Positions 1-16,260 of a DNA stretch of 64,000 nt are shown one piece after another; the first letter of the stretch is position 1, and the number at the start of each line of letters is the position of its first letter. Position numbers and translations under genes: made by a program. Below the pieces are notes generated by a model. It was not told where the DNA came from. It ran no database searches and saw only the letters and a program-made list of their open reading frames with translations. Origin of the DNA: Balanoglossus misakiensis (taxonomy: Eukaryota; Animalia; Hemichordata); contig CM082579.2 in the NCBI GenBank assembly GCA_040954595.2, positions 11,657,834 through 11,721,833 on the forward strand. Reading direction: 5' to 3'.

Positions 1-6110
<6,110 letters not shown>

Positions 6111-6197
6111 ATCGTTTATCGTTTGACGAAATTATTATTATTATTGTTAAATTAGTATAATTTCGTTAAACATTCACATATGTTATTCTTTATTCAG

Positions 6198-6205
6198 AAT
6201 TAGAG
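6198..6205 (+). other. Possible 8-nt microexon AATTAGAG between the array and the first ROC exon
   Basis: tgttattctttattcag|AATTAGAG|gtatta; flanking introns would be 99 and 289 nt. It would read (G)AA TTA GAG = ELE into RREVLGK. The donor is weak. Confidence 0.3.
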
Positions 6206-6494
6206 GTATTACTCTAGCCTTTGGAGAATTGTGGATGAGTATATCGATTTTAAACAACAAGTAAAGACAAGCAGACAGGCGGACAGATATAGATGGCAAA
6301 TGAATTTAATATGGTCTACTTCACAGAGAGATAGCGGCATTATTGTCAAATTTTCTGCCTACAATGCGAAAAAAATGTAGTCAAATCATATAGAAACCAA
6401 GGAATGAAAACACGTAATGAAATAACCAGTATCCAAAAGAGTAGAGTTTATATTGACATCCAATAATGTTGGTAATGTATATTGTTATTTTAAG

Positions 6495-6708
6495 CGTCGT
6501 GAAGTCCTCGGTAAGTTGCAGAAGGCATCGGAAAATCCGGATACACTGAAAAAGATATATCGAGGGCGTATTATGTTGGTTGGTGCGTTTGGTGCAGGGA
6601 AGACATCTACTAAACGTAGTCTATTCAACGAGCCTTATGAAGAAAAACATCAAAGTACGGATGGTGCCGATATCTACAATATAGACATCACTGAATGGAT
6701 AATTAAAG
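6495..6708 (+). CDS. Roco protein exon: ROC GTPase P-loop and switch I
   Basis: RIMLVGAFGAGKTS (G1) and STDGADI (G2). Acceptor ttgttattttaag| is phase 0 (an alternative in-frame acceptor lies at 6521); donor aaag|gtattt is phase 1. Confidence 0.85.
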
Positions 6709-7793
6709 GTATTTTATATTTTCAATTGTAATTTCTATTTTCAAAAGATTTGATTTGATTTTACACTTCTAACACTTGACAAAGTCGAATGAACCGACTT
6801 TTCTGTGACGTTTTTTGGCTGACTAGTTTTTTTGTATCGCTTCAAGATCAATGGATGTTACAGTATAGGCAAAGTGGAAACTGACGTGTATAAGTTTCCC
6901 ACTGTAGATATTGTATATAGTATTCAACAGATTTAGAAATAACTGGACATTTGCTGGGATCTGTCTGATAAGTATCGGTGGTTTTAAGAGTAATACGTGT
7001 TTGAGATTGTGATCATTGGCATATCTTAGACATCGCTGACGACGCATATGCACTGAAAGTTGACGAAATTTACGATCACTAAATTAATATAAAATTTTCA
7101 ACTAACGCGAGAATGTGGGATGGCCCCTATACTCTTTCTGTTTTTCAAAGAAATAAAAACAATTTCGACATGGATTTAGTAACATTTATTTTGTACCATT
7201 CATGTTTAGCGCGCAAGATTTTTGCGACTCAACTTGTTTCAATAGACTACCATCTGGTTTAGCTGACTGTTTGTTTTCCCTTTAAGTTAACCACAGATAG
7301 ATCTGAGCAACCGTGCACACGATACACATTGCACAAATGGCCAGAACTTGTTTAGGCTATGTTATACCATGTTCACACAGGGTAAAATTTGAGACACTAT
7401 TTGCCTATGGTAAAAACAGAGCATTACTCCTTTGAGTCGCGTTGTATCCACACACAGAAAATGTGCATAGGCGCTGAGGCTCGGCCCATAGACAATGGGT
7501 TGCGGAGAGGTGTTATATCCTTACACCGACTCAGGTCTGGCAGGCAAAGCCGTCTCAAAGCTCAGTCGTTTCAGAATATACACTGTCCACATGTTTTTTA
7601 AAGATGGTATCCGATCTGTGACGCTTCAGAACAGTCTTAATGGTATGCGTGTGTGACCCCATATTAACTCTTAACGATAATATCTAATAATGATTATTTA
7701 CCATGCGAGGCGCTCATCCTTTTGCGATCGCGCCATGAAAGTTTTCTTTTTATCTTTTAGAATCTTTTTTTTTCTTTAAATAATTCTGATTAG

Positions 7794-8089
7794 AATATGC
7801 CGACAAATACCAAGGTGAACGATCTGTCGAAGAAACCAAAAAGATTCTTGGAGACGTTCTCATCGTTGGAATCAAGAAAAGTTCTAACCCACGGAAACGA
7901 TCATCTTCAACGGACCTAGCTAAAGTACGTGCCTTAATTGACGAATTAAAGCTGAAAGGCGAACAAACGAATGATGTTCGGGAACGGTTACTGCAGCGTT
8001 TGGAACAAGCTAGCGATGGTGATAAGCCCGACATGCACTTCAGTTTGTGGGATTACGCGGGACAGAATGTATATTACATAACTCATCAG
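7794..8089 (+). CDS. Roco protein exon: charged helical insert and ROC G3 motif
   Basis: Translates EYADKYQGERSVEETKK...MHFSLWDYAGQNVYYITHQ, matching the Roco WDFAGQxxYYxTHQ motif. tag| acceptor is phase 1, cag|gtttgt donor is phase 0. Absent from the supplied ORF track. Confidence 0.9.
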
Positions 8090-8364
8090 GTTTGTGTACA
8101 CTTTTCCGTGTATCATTTCCAACCTGTTCAATGGAATGCATATTGTTACCTATTCCCATAGACTTTATTTCTACTGCTTAATTGTAACCAGCTGTAACGA
8201 TAATTATATAATGACACGGGTCTCTTGTTAATCAGATCACGTCTATGCCCCCTTAAAAGCCCATTCTTCGTTTACTATTGAGGTTAGTTCTAAACCTTTG
8301 ATGTAAACAGAAGAAAATGTTAAACATTGAATAAGTTCTCTCTCTCTCCCTCCCCCTCTCTCAG

Positions 8365-8467
8365 GTGTTCCTTGCCTCCAGAGTCATTTATATTCTCGTC
8401 ACCGACCTTACAAAGTCTCTTGACGACTTCATGGCAACCGAAATAGACGATGGGTGGACTGTCAAGG
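8365..8467 (+). CDS. Roco protein exon: ROC continuation (VFLASRVIYILVTDLTK...)
   Basis: (ct)n-cag| acceptor is phase 0; it continues THQ with the VFL..R.IYILV.DL pattern typical of ROC; donor g|gtacgt is phase 1. Confidence 0.85.
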
Positions 8468-8784
8468 GTACGTACAACGGAAGCTTATGATTCCAAACAC
8501 ATATGGCACACCAGAACCGATTCAACTCGAAGTTCAATATAAAGACTCTGCTTCTTACTATGCTGTCAGTTTCCCTCCGCGACAAGATTGAATATGGCCA
8601 ACCGGGGCCTATTTTATTATGAATCGTACATGTTCAGAGCCATAACTCGGATAATGGGAGTGGGGGGGGGGGGGTCTCGTGGATGTTTCATATCGTCAAC
8701 ACAAGCGCAGCGGGCTATTCCATTGCATACACACCTGCCCACACACACACCTTCTGAGGCAGTTATGTGCGATTTCCTTCGTAG

Positions 8785-8930
8785 AATTCCTGGAGTTCTG
8801 GATGAATTCCATACATACCCATGCCAAGCCTGGATCTGAAATCCATTTCCAAACTCAAGATGGGAGTGGGAATTTTGCTCCAGCACCACCCGTAATCATT
8901 TTGGGAACAAAGAAAGACTTACTACTACAG
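8785..8930 (+). CDS. Roco protein exon: ROC G4 motif
   Basis: EFLEFWMNSIHTH...PPVIILGTKKD. Acceptor ttccttcgtag| is phase 1; donor cag|gtaaga is phase 0. Confidence 0.9.
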
Positions 8931-9147
8931 GTAAGATATAACACATGTCTGGAAATAGCTGATTGAATGTACTAGTGCTACTCAAAACGATTGTTGTTTC
9001 ATAAATGTCATTTTAAGTTTGAGTATACACATGAAAGATTAGTGTTAATCGAAGGTTGAGGGCATGTACGGCTCGTTGCTGTTTTGCTGTTCCAGAAAAC
9101 TGTAACGATATTTGGATAGTATCATGATTTTTTTCCTCCTGTTTCAG

Positions 9148-10411
9148 ACGGGCAGTCCACCTGATAGTGAGGAGAGAGACCTGGAAGGAGAGGCCACGAA
9201 GCGTCTTCAAGAAATCAGAGAGTATCTGAGGAAAAATGCTACCAAGGCAGTTAATGAGCATCTCGTGAGGATGATTGCCATTGACAACAAGTCCAGGACA
9301 TCGGAGAACACCACCCTCGATCCAAACGTTGAAGCACTTCGACAAATGGTACAGCACTTTGCAATGGAGTATTTTTTCCTCGGAGAAGTTCCAGCGAAAT
9401 GGGTACGCCTGGAACTTTCATTGCGACAGCTTGAAAAGGAGAAGATTTCCCTCGACGAAGTGAAAAAGGAGGGAAAGAAGTTTGAAATGGAAGAAGATGA
9501 AATAGGCAAGGCTTTGGCGTTCTATCACGACGTTGGGGAAATACTACACTTCAAGTCAATACCAGAACTCGCGGACACTGTCATCTTGAATGTTGGGTGG
9601 TTGGTTAATTTGTTCAAGATAATAATCACCCAGTCTATCGCTTACAGACAAGACTTGAGAGTCCCTCCGCAAATATGTGGTCTGATTGATGAGTTACATA
9701 CGGAAGGTCGACTGCATGACAAATTGGTGGATTATCTACTGAAACGTCATGACCGTTCCCAAGACAAGACGATCCTTCTGGCAACATTAGAAGAGTATGA
9801 CATCATTTGCAAGATCCCAGACACCCATGGCAAGAGTTTATATTACCTACCGAGCCTACTCAAGAAAGACGCGAAAGGAAAGAATGGGGCCATCTGTCCA
9901 GCAGACGCCAAATCGTGCTGTCCAATTTATTTCCATTTCAAAGGTAATTTCTTACCTGAAGGGCTTTTCTACCGACTTGTTGTCCGATGCCTGAAGCAGT
10001 GGCCGAACCAGCGGATGGTTTTACGCAAGAACCGAGCTCGTATATTCATCGAGAGAGAGAATTTCCATGTCATTCTGTGTAAAACGGGGTCTGATATCGA
10101 GCTGAAGGCCGCCGTTTTCACCGATTCCAAGCCCACGCCACAACTACAGTCGCAGCATGTCAGTAATGTGAGAATTGCAGTCGAAGATGAGCTGAAGCAG
10201 CTTATTCGTGCGTACACACCAATCTTGAAATACGAGATCAGCGTCAAGTGTGAATGTCCCCAGCATACAACCGGGGAACTGCTTCCAGGGTCTGAAGACA
10301 CAGATGACCGATGCGTTGCAATCAATGAAGAGGGGGACCCACCAACAGCCACTTGTGAGAGGAGTGCTAAGCAGGTGTCGTGCACATATCTGGATTTGTG
10401 GTACCGCACAA
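9148..10411 (+). CDS. Roco protein exon: end of ROC and COR-like region
   Basis: IAIDNKS (G5-like), GEVPAKWVRLE, LAFYHDVGEILHF, VILNVGWLVNLFKIII, YYLPSLL and FLPEGLFYRLVVRC are COR-type motifs. tttcag| acceptor is phase 0; a|gtgagt donor is phase 1. Confidence 0.9.
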
Positions 10412-10639
10412 GTGAGTGATTAGTTGGATTATTTACGGCCAGACTGACTTACAAAATTATCATATAAAGATGTACTTTAATCGACGTTACCCAGTTTGTC
10501 ATGCTATAAACATTTGGATGAAACTCTGTACGTCTCGTCGTCCACAGCTTTTGGAAGAAAGTCATGGCCAGAAATAACCCTTTATTCATTTGCCTGCATA
10601 GTCTAACGTCATTGTCACTTGAATTTCTACATTGTGTAG

Positions 10640-10721
10640 GTCAAGTTAGAGAAGAATCAGTGGTCGGAAGGGAAACTCCCACAGTACACCCACCGCGTAC
10701 AAGCTCTGGATCCAATGGAAG
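10640..10721 (+). CDS. Roco protein short linker exon (SQVREESVVGRETPTVHPPRTSSGSNG)
   Basis: tgtgtag| phase-1 acceptor and ag|gtacac phase-2 donor exactly bridge the phases of the flanking exons. Confidence 0.7.
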
Positions 10722-11215
10722 GTACACTCATTGCTTTCATTTGTAAAGTGTTTCATTTAGAAGGGCGTTTTAATTGTATACAATATTCGTTTTATTATAT
10801 GAATACACAATAGGTATAAACCATTATCGATATATATAGTGGTATAATTAATTACTGGATGACGTATAATGAATACTTATCCAAATTTAACGATGGTCAT
10901 GCCCAGTTGTCCTATAAATTGTCTGGCCGCTCAGCGAAGATTGTGTGGTTTCGCTAACTATATATTTTTATGTAGAATGTTTGAACTATGCGTGTTTACA
11001 TGTATTGGATTGAGATGAGTTTCTTTGGGTCTGTCGCGCCCACATTTGTAACATCTGAGATGGTACAAGTTATCCATTCCTTTTGACTAAAACACTGATT
11101 GTGTGTTTTGTGCATGATTGTTGGGGGAAGGTGTTGTCGTCGGAATTGTGTGTTGGAGCCCAGCGACTTCCCATATTGTAAAACTGCATCTGTGTGTATA
11201 TGTCTTTGTTCGCAG

Positions 11216-12458
11216 TGGAGGCAGTGTTGTTGTTGTTGGAGATCGGTGGGACTCTCAGACAGATAGCATATCAACTGTCCACCGACTTATTTACGGTCTT
11301 GCTGCTGAAACTGGTCGACAGGTACGTGCGACGGCTCTGAAGGCAAGTAAAGAAGATGAGGAGAATGCAAAGTCAAAGAAGATTAAACTTATGCTGCCAA
11401 CACCTGTTGATGACCTTGATGGTATATCTGAAGCCACGCCCCTCGAGAACTGGCTGACTACATATCACTCAATCCACTATCCATCTTTGAAGGCGATCCA
11501 AGATGTCGGTGTTGTGATAGGTCATCTCTCATTCACATCAAAGGCTGCCCTGAATATACGGAACGAGTACTTCCCGCGCAAGAAGGTTATCCTTTTCAAC
11601 CACGTTCGCCCAGAAGACACCGAGTTTCATAGTGACGACTCCACGCCCACCCGAATCCAGCAAGAGGAGAAAAGGTTAATCAAGGAAGCTAGAAGCGCAG
11701 ATGTCGTTTTCTCTGTTGGACCACGTGCCTATGGTCACTTTGAAAACAAATACAGCATGAGGGCATCGGTTAGGCATGAGCTATTCCTACCCACACCAGA
11801 TGAAGATTTCTTCCACATTGAAATGAAGAAACCGTTGAAAGATTGCGGAATGCAGATTCTCACTTATGGAAGAGTTGAGAGTATCTCAAGCTTAGCGGGA
11901 TATGACCTTGCAGCTCGGGGCCTGAGTAAATGTGTAACCTCTGTCAAAAGGTGGAGAGGTAGTCTTGATCCCCCTGTCTGGCGAATCACTGGTATCCACC
12001 AAGAGCAAGTGGAAGCTGCACGTAGATATATTCGACAGCATATAAAAACTGGAGACCTACAATATGAAGTGTACCAACGTGGATCAAAGGATCAACTGAA
12101 AGATAATATACAGCAGAGTCACATATGTCTCCTGCCTTCACGGAGAGAGCCGTTTGGTATTGTGGGTTTGGAAGCCATTGCAGCAGGGATACCAGTCCTG
12201 ATAAACAGAAACTCGGGGCTGGCGAAGTTTCTGTACGAGATCCTCCCAAGGGAAATGGTCGATGCAGTGACCGTAGATGTTGGCATCACTGACGTAGAGA
12301 AGGAGAGAGATATCGATCGTTGGTATGAAAGCATCGCACCTGTGTTTGGGGAGTACGACAATGCTTGTCAGAGGGCACAACGCATGAAAAAAATGCTCCG
12401 TGGCTGCGAGAAGATTGGCGAGACACATGAAGTGTTCAAGAAAGAGTGCCGTGTGTAA
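11216..12458 (+). CDS. Terminal exon: GT-B fold, GT4-like (Glycos_transf_1) glycosyltransferase domain
   Basis: SHICLLPSRREPFGIVGLEAIAAGIPVL contains the E-x7-E nucleotide-sugar-binding motif; also ADVVFSVGP. Acceptor tgtctttgttcgcag| is phase 2; stop TAA ends at 12458. Confidence 0.9.
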
Positions 12459-12536
12459 ACACCAAATGAGTCTGCCAGGTGTGCATTGTAACATCAGCAC
12501 ACTTACAGCTGTCCTTAGCGGATTTCTGCCACGTTT

Positions 12537-12542
12537 AATAAA
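12537..12542 (+). promoter_or_regulatory. Putative polyadenylation signal AATAAA of the Roco-GT gene
   Basis: Canonical hexamer ~80 nt after the stop codon. Confidence 0.5.
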
Positions 12543-12959
12543 TGGGAGTCCATAATATAAGGTAATGTTAGGTCACACTGAAAGGTTTGACGAGTTTTCT
12601 TACGGACGGAGCTGTTTAGACACAAAGAAGTTATGAAATATTCAAACTCGTACTATATTGAGTTGTCGATCGTCTTACCCACAATGCAATTATTACAGTA
12701 TGATTTGACCCCCTAGTAAAGAGTAAAAACCTAAGGTAGCGAGAATTAAGAAACGTTATGAAATTAAGCAAAGTAGAGATGTAAGTAAACTTTTAGGCAT
12801 AGTTAATCACTTTCAAATAGAGAATAGTTTGTTACCATGCTTTCGAATATTGTACTCGAGTGATATTTTTTGAAATATGAGAAAAAGTCTTGGACTTTGA
12901 AGTGCCAAATGTGGGATATTACTTCAAATTTACTTGGGTTTAACAAAATGTATTCAGCA

Positions 12960-13850
12960 TATTCTGTTTTGGTTTTTTTCCTGTTTAGAATGTAGCATTT
13001 CCTTCACATTTTCATGTACTTCAAAAACCGTTTACCCATTTTCGTCAGGGATTTGTCTAGTGAAATATACATATGCTTACAGTAAGAATAAGGCTATATT
13101 AATGATCTAAATATGCATAGAGTTTTGGATTGCATTCTTATACGGAATGTAAAAATTTCACCATTTTCATCATAATGTCATATAGTGAGAAACGTTATTA
13201 ACTGTCGTGATTTTAGCTACTGGATATAGTATGTTTGGCACGTAAAATATAAATTTTGCTTACAGAAAGAATTTGTCTTTTTAGAAATTTGTTTAAATAA
13301 TTACAATATGCAACTGTAGGTTATATATGTCGAATGACAAATGATATAAGAGGTATACTGTTTTGGATTGTTTTGTTACTCAGAATGTAGCAATTTCACC
13401 AAAAATTTATTTTGTAGAAAATCGTTCACCAACTTTTGCGATATTTCCTTATGGACGTAGTAATTTGTTCAAGTAAAAGATACATTTGGCTTCCAGTATC
13501 ATAAAATCTTTGAAATAATCTGTCTAAATGACCATGATATGCAAATATTGATTATTTTTGTCAAAACACTATTTACGAAGTATATTGTTTTGGGTTGTTT
13601 CTTTTTCGGAATATAACGAATTCGCCATTTAACTATAATATCATGGCGTTGAAATAACGTACATTCTTTCGCGATCTTTCATTATATAGTATATTTGTCG
13701 GGTGAAATATACATTTTGCTTACAGTAAGAATGTGACTTTGTAAAAATTTGTCTAAATAATCTCAATATGCAGCGGTAGATTACATATGTCCGATGACAG
13801 ACATAAACTTACTACCAAAAGAGATTTATTTCTTGTATTCCGGAATGCAT
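12960..13850. repeat. Degenerate tandem repeat of roughly 200-240-bp units
   Basis: Recurrent similar segments, e.g. ttttgcttacagaaagaatttg...aatatgca at ~13255 and ttttgcttacagtaagaatgtg...aatatgca at ~13714, with weaker copies at ~13070 and ~13480. Confidence 0.45.
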
Positions 13851-14470
13851 TTTGAATTTGGGTCAATGCTTGTAAAACCAAATTTTATTAAACTGGTTAA
13901 TAACTTAATTTTTTAAAAGTTAAAATACAACATAGTAATTTCCTGTTAATACTTACGTACCATCAAACTCTCTGCATTTAACGAATATTTGCATACTTTA
14001 AGAGATCACTCTTTATTTGAATTTGACATTTTTTTAGTTAAAGTTTATGACTGAATAAGGTGGTGGGACTACCTTATCTTGGCCAAACGCAGTGTTTTCG
14101 ATATATACAAGTACAGTGTAAACATGGTTCATGCATCTACTAATCATTTGAAGGAAAAACATATTAGGTTATGATGTATATCTATTTGTCATGATCATCC
14201 ACAAGTATCATCATTTTTTAGACAGAGTATAATGGGTGATTTGACGGCCTATGAATGCGTGGGAAATGCAAATCTTTAGAAAGAAATGTCCTCTGCGGTA
14301 CATCTCTCTGTTTAGATGTTTAGAGTCACACAATGCGTACAAATATTTTTAGTTTTTGATTTATTGGTGACTTTGGGTTATCGCCGCTGACTAAATAATC
14401 GTTAACTTTTTAATAGTTTCCAAGTTCTCTTATAAAGGCTTCTGAGTTATCTGCTTTTTTTGTTTTGTTT

Positions 14471-14495
14471 GTGTGTGTGTGTGTGTGTGTGTGTG
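14471..14495. repeat. (GT)n microsatellite
   Basis: Direct reading. Confidence 0.95.
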
Positions 14496-14616
14496 AAAAG
14501 TATTTTTGTTTAGATATCCAATGTGATTTTTAAGAATACAGCTAGCCATTATAATTAACAATTTGAAATAAATTTGCAAAATCATAACTTAGTGTAATTT
14601 GTTTAACTTCAGCGAG

Positions 14617-14703
14617 TGAATGAATGAATGAATGAATGAATGAATGAATGAATGAATGATCGAATGAATGAATGAATGAATGAATGATCGAATGAATGAA
14701 TGA
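14617..14703. repeat. (GAAT)n microsatellite
   Basis: Direct reading. Confidence 0.95.
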
Positions 14704-16119
14704 TTGGTGGCAAGTTATTACTAGACAAATGACATTTGTAGCACAAATGTTTATCTTTACTTTTATCCAGGTAGTTTATTTTACTAATCATCCGATCAGT
14801 GTGACACCATTTCGAATTCCGTGGACATCAGACATCAAAGATATTATACACAAGTGTTCAAGTCGTCTTGTCATTTTTCAACTTGTGCAATTCAAAAAGC
14901 ATGCAAATTTTACCTTTTCACTCTACATGTTCTTTGGGTTGTCAACTCATTTGCTTTAAAGCCTCTAGAGCAGCCACTTTTTGCATTATTTTCATTATTT
15001 TATTTTTCAACTTATATTGGTCCATCTCCATAAGCTTACTGATAGGTATACATAAACACCTTATCGATGCCTGATTGTGACTGTATGTTGCAAGTTTAAC
15101 ACGCTGTGTATTAAACAGGTGCCACGCCGATTTAATCAGTCTCCATACAAACAGTACGCATCTATCGTGGAATGCGTCGCCAAGAGATGACAAACTGATG
15201 CAAATGCAAGTAATACGGCTTAACTGTGAGGATTTTAGAGGATAGGGAATATATTTAAAAATTTTACTGTGGAAAAATATGTTAAATATGGCAGCTATCG
15301 GGGCTTTAATAGTGCAGTAGGTCAACATAGTTGAATACGAATAGAATATCACAAAGTAATTACACAACAAAACATATTCCCTTAATAAGTGTCCATATTT
15401 CATGTCTACTCCCCATAAATACAATGTCACAGAAACTACACAAGTCACCCCCCCCCCCCCAGTTGTGAAAAATGCAAACCAAACGGCCCGATTCCTCCAT
15501 CGTCGTAAAATATACATGACCGCTTTACGGCAACAGATCTAGATGACTCTGACTCGCGAGAATGGATTTCTCTAACAAATAAAGATTGCCGTCTCTTTGC
15601 AATGCCATCTCTTCTAATCCGTGGCACATTTCGGCCAACCAATAAACCGATTTGCATCTTCAAAAACGAAAATTGAAAAGGGCTAAAATCCCCCGCTAAA
15701 TGTCAATTCTCAAATTGTTTCTTCATCTTAATTATTAAAGTTTAGGCCTATTTCTAATTACAAATCCTTCGTCTGAGATTGACAAATTGGAAATTGGTAT
15801 AACCGGCTGTGAGGATGGCACTTTGCGGCCATTCACATTTTCCTCCGACGAACGTCATTTCCAACAATGTACTATTTCCGTTTTCCCAATTTTCAATTTA
15901 CCAAAAATCTAGTTATTCTAATGAAAGGGGGAGCTGATAATATCAATATTTTGCCTAGGAATGAATGAAATTGTGACACTTGTTTTCGGGGGCAACTTCT
16001 TACCATGGATCAGACAATCATATTTTGAGAGAGGGCCGAGGAGATGGGAGGGTGAACATGCATTCCATTGAGACCTAACCCCTACTTTAACCTAAACCGT
16101 TACCCTACCCTCGTCCGTA

Positions 16120-16228
16120 TTTAGGGCCCAAGCGCATGCAGCGCTTGGGCCCTATTGTTATTATCCTGGTTTTTAGGGCCCAAGCCCAGCAGGCTTGGGC
16201 CCTATTGGTATTACTGGGGTTTTTCTTC

Positions 16229-16260
<32 letters not shown>

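Noticed and set aside
7368-7662. Possible MITE in the Roco intron (catgttcacac ... gtgtgacccc)
   Set aside because: The inverted match is too short and imperfect to support a call.
6453-11215. ORF-track starts at 6453, 8679, 9112, 10564 and 11118 as separate genes
   Set aside because: Their 5' extensions are intronic; splice sites and phases join them into one gene.
7750-12500. Minus-strand ORFs overlapping the Roco-GT exons
   Set aside because: Antisense shadows of real coding exons with no recognisable motifs.
14609-15663. Cluster of short ORFs including a 191-aa minus-strand ORF
   Set aside because: No domain motifs, composition typical of non-coding AT-rich DNA, partly microsatellite-derived.
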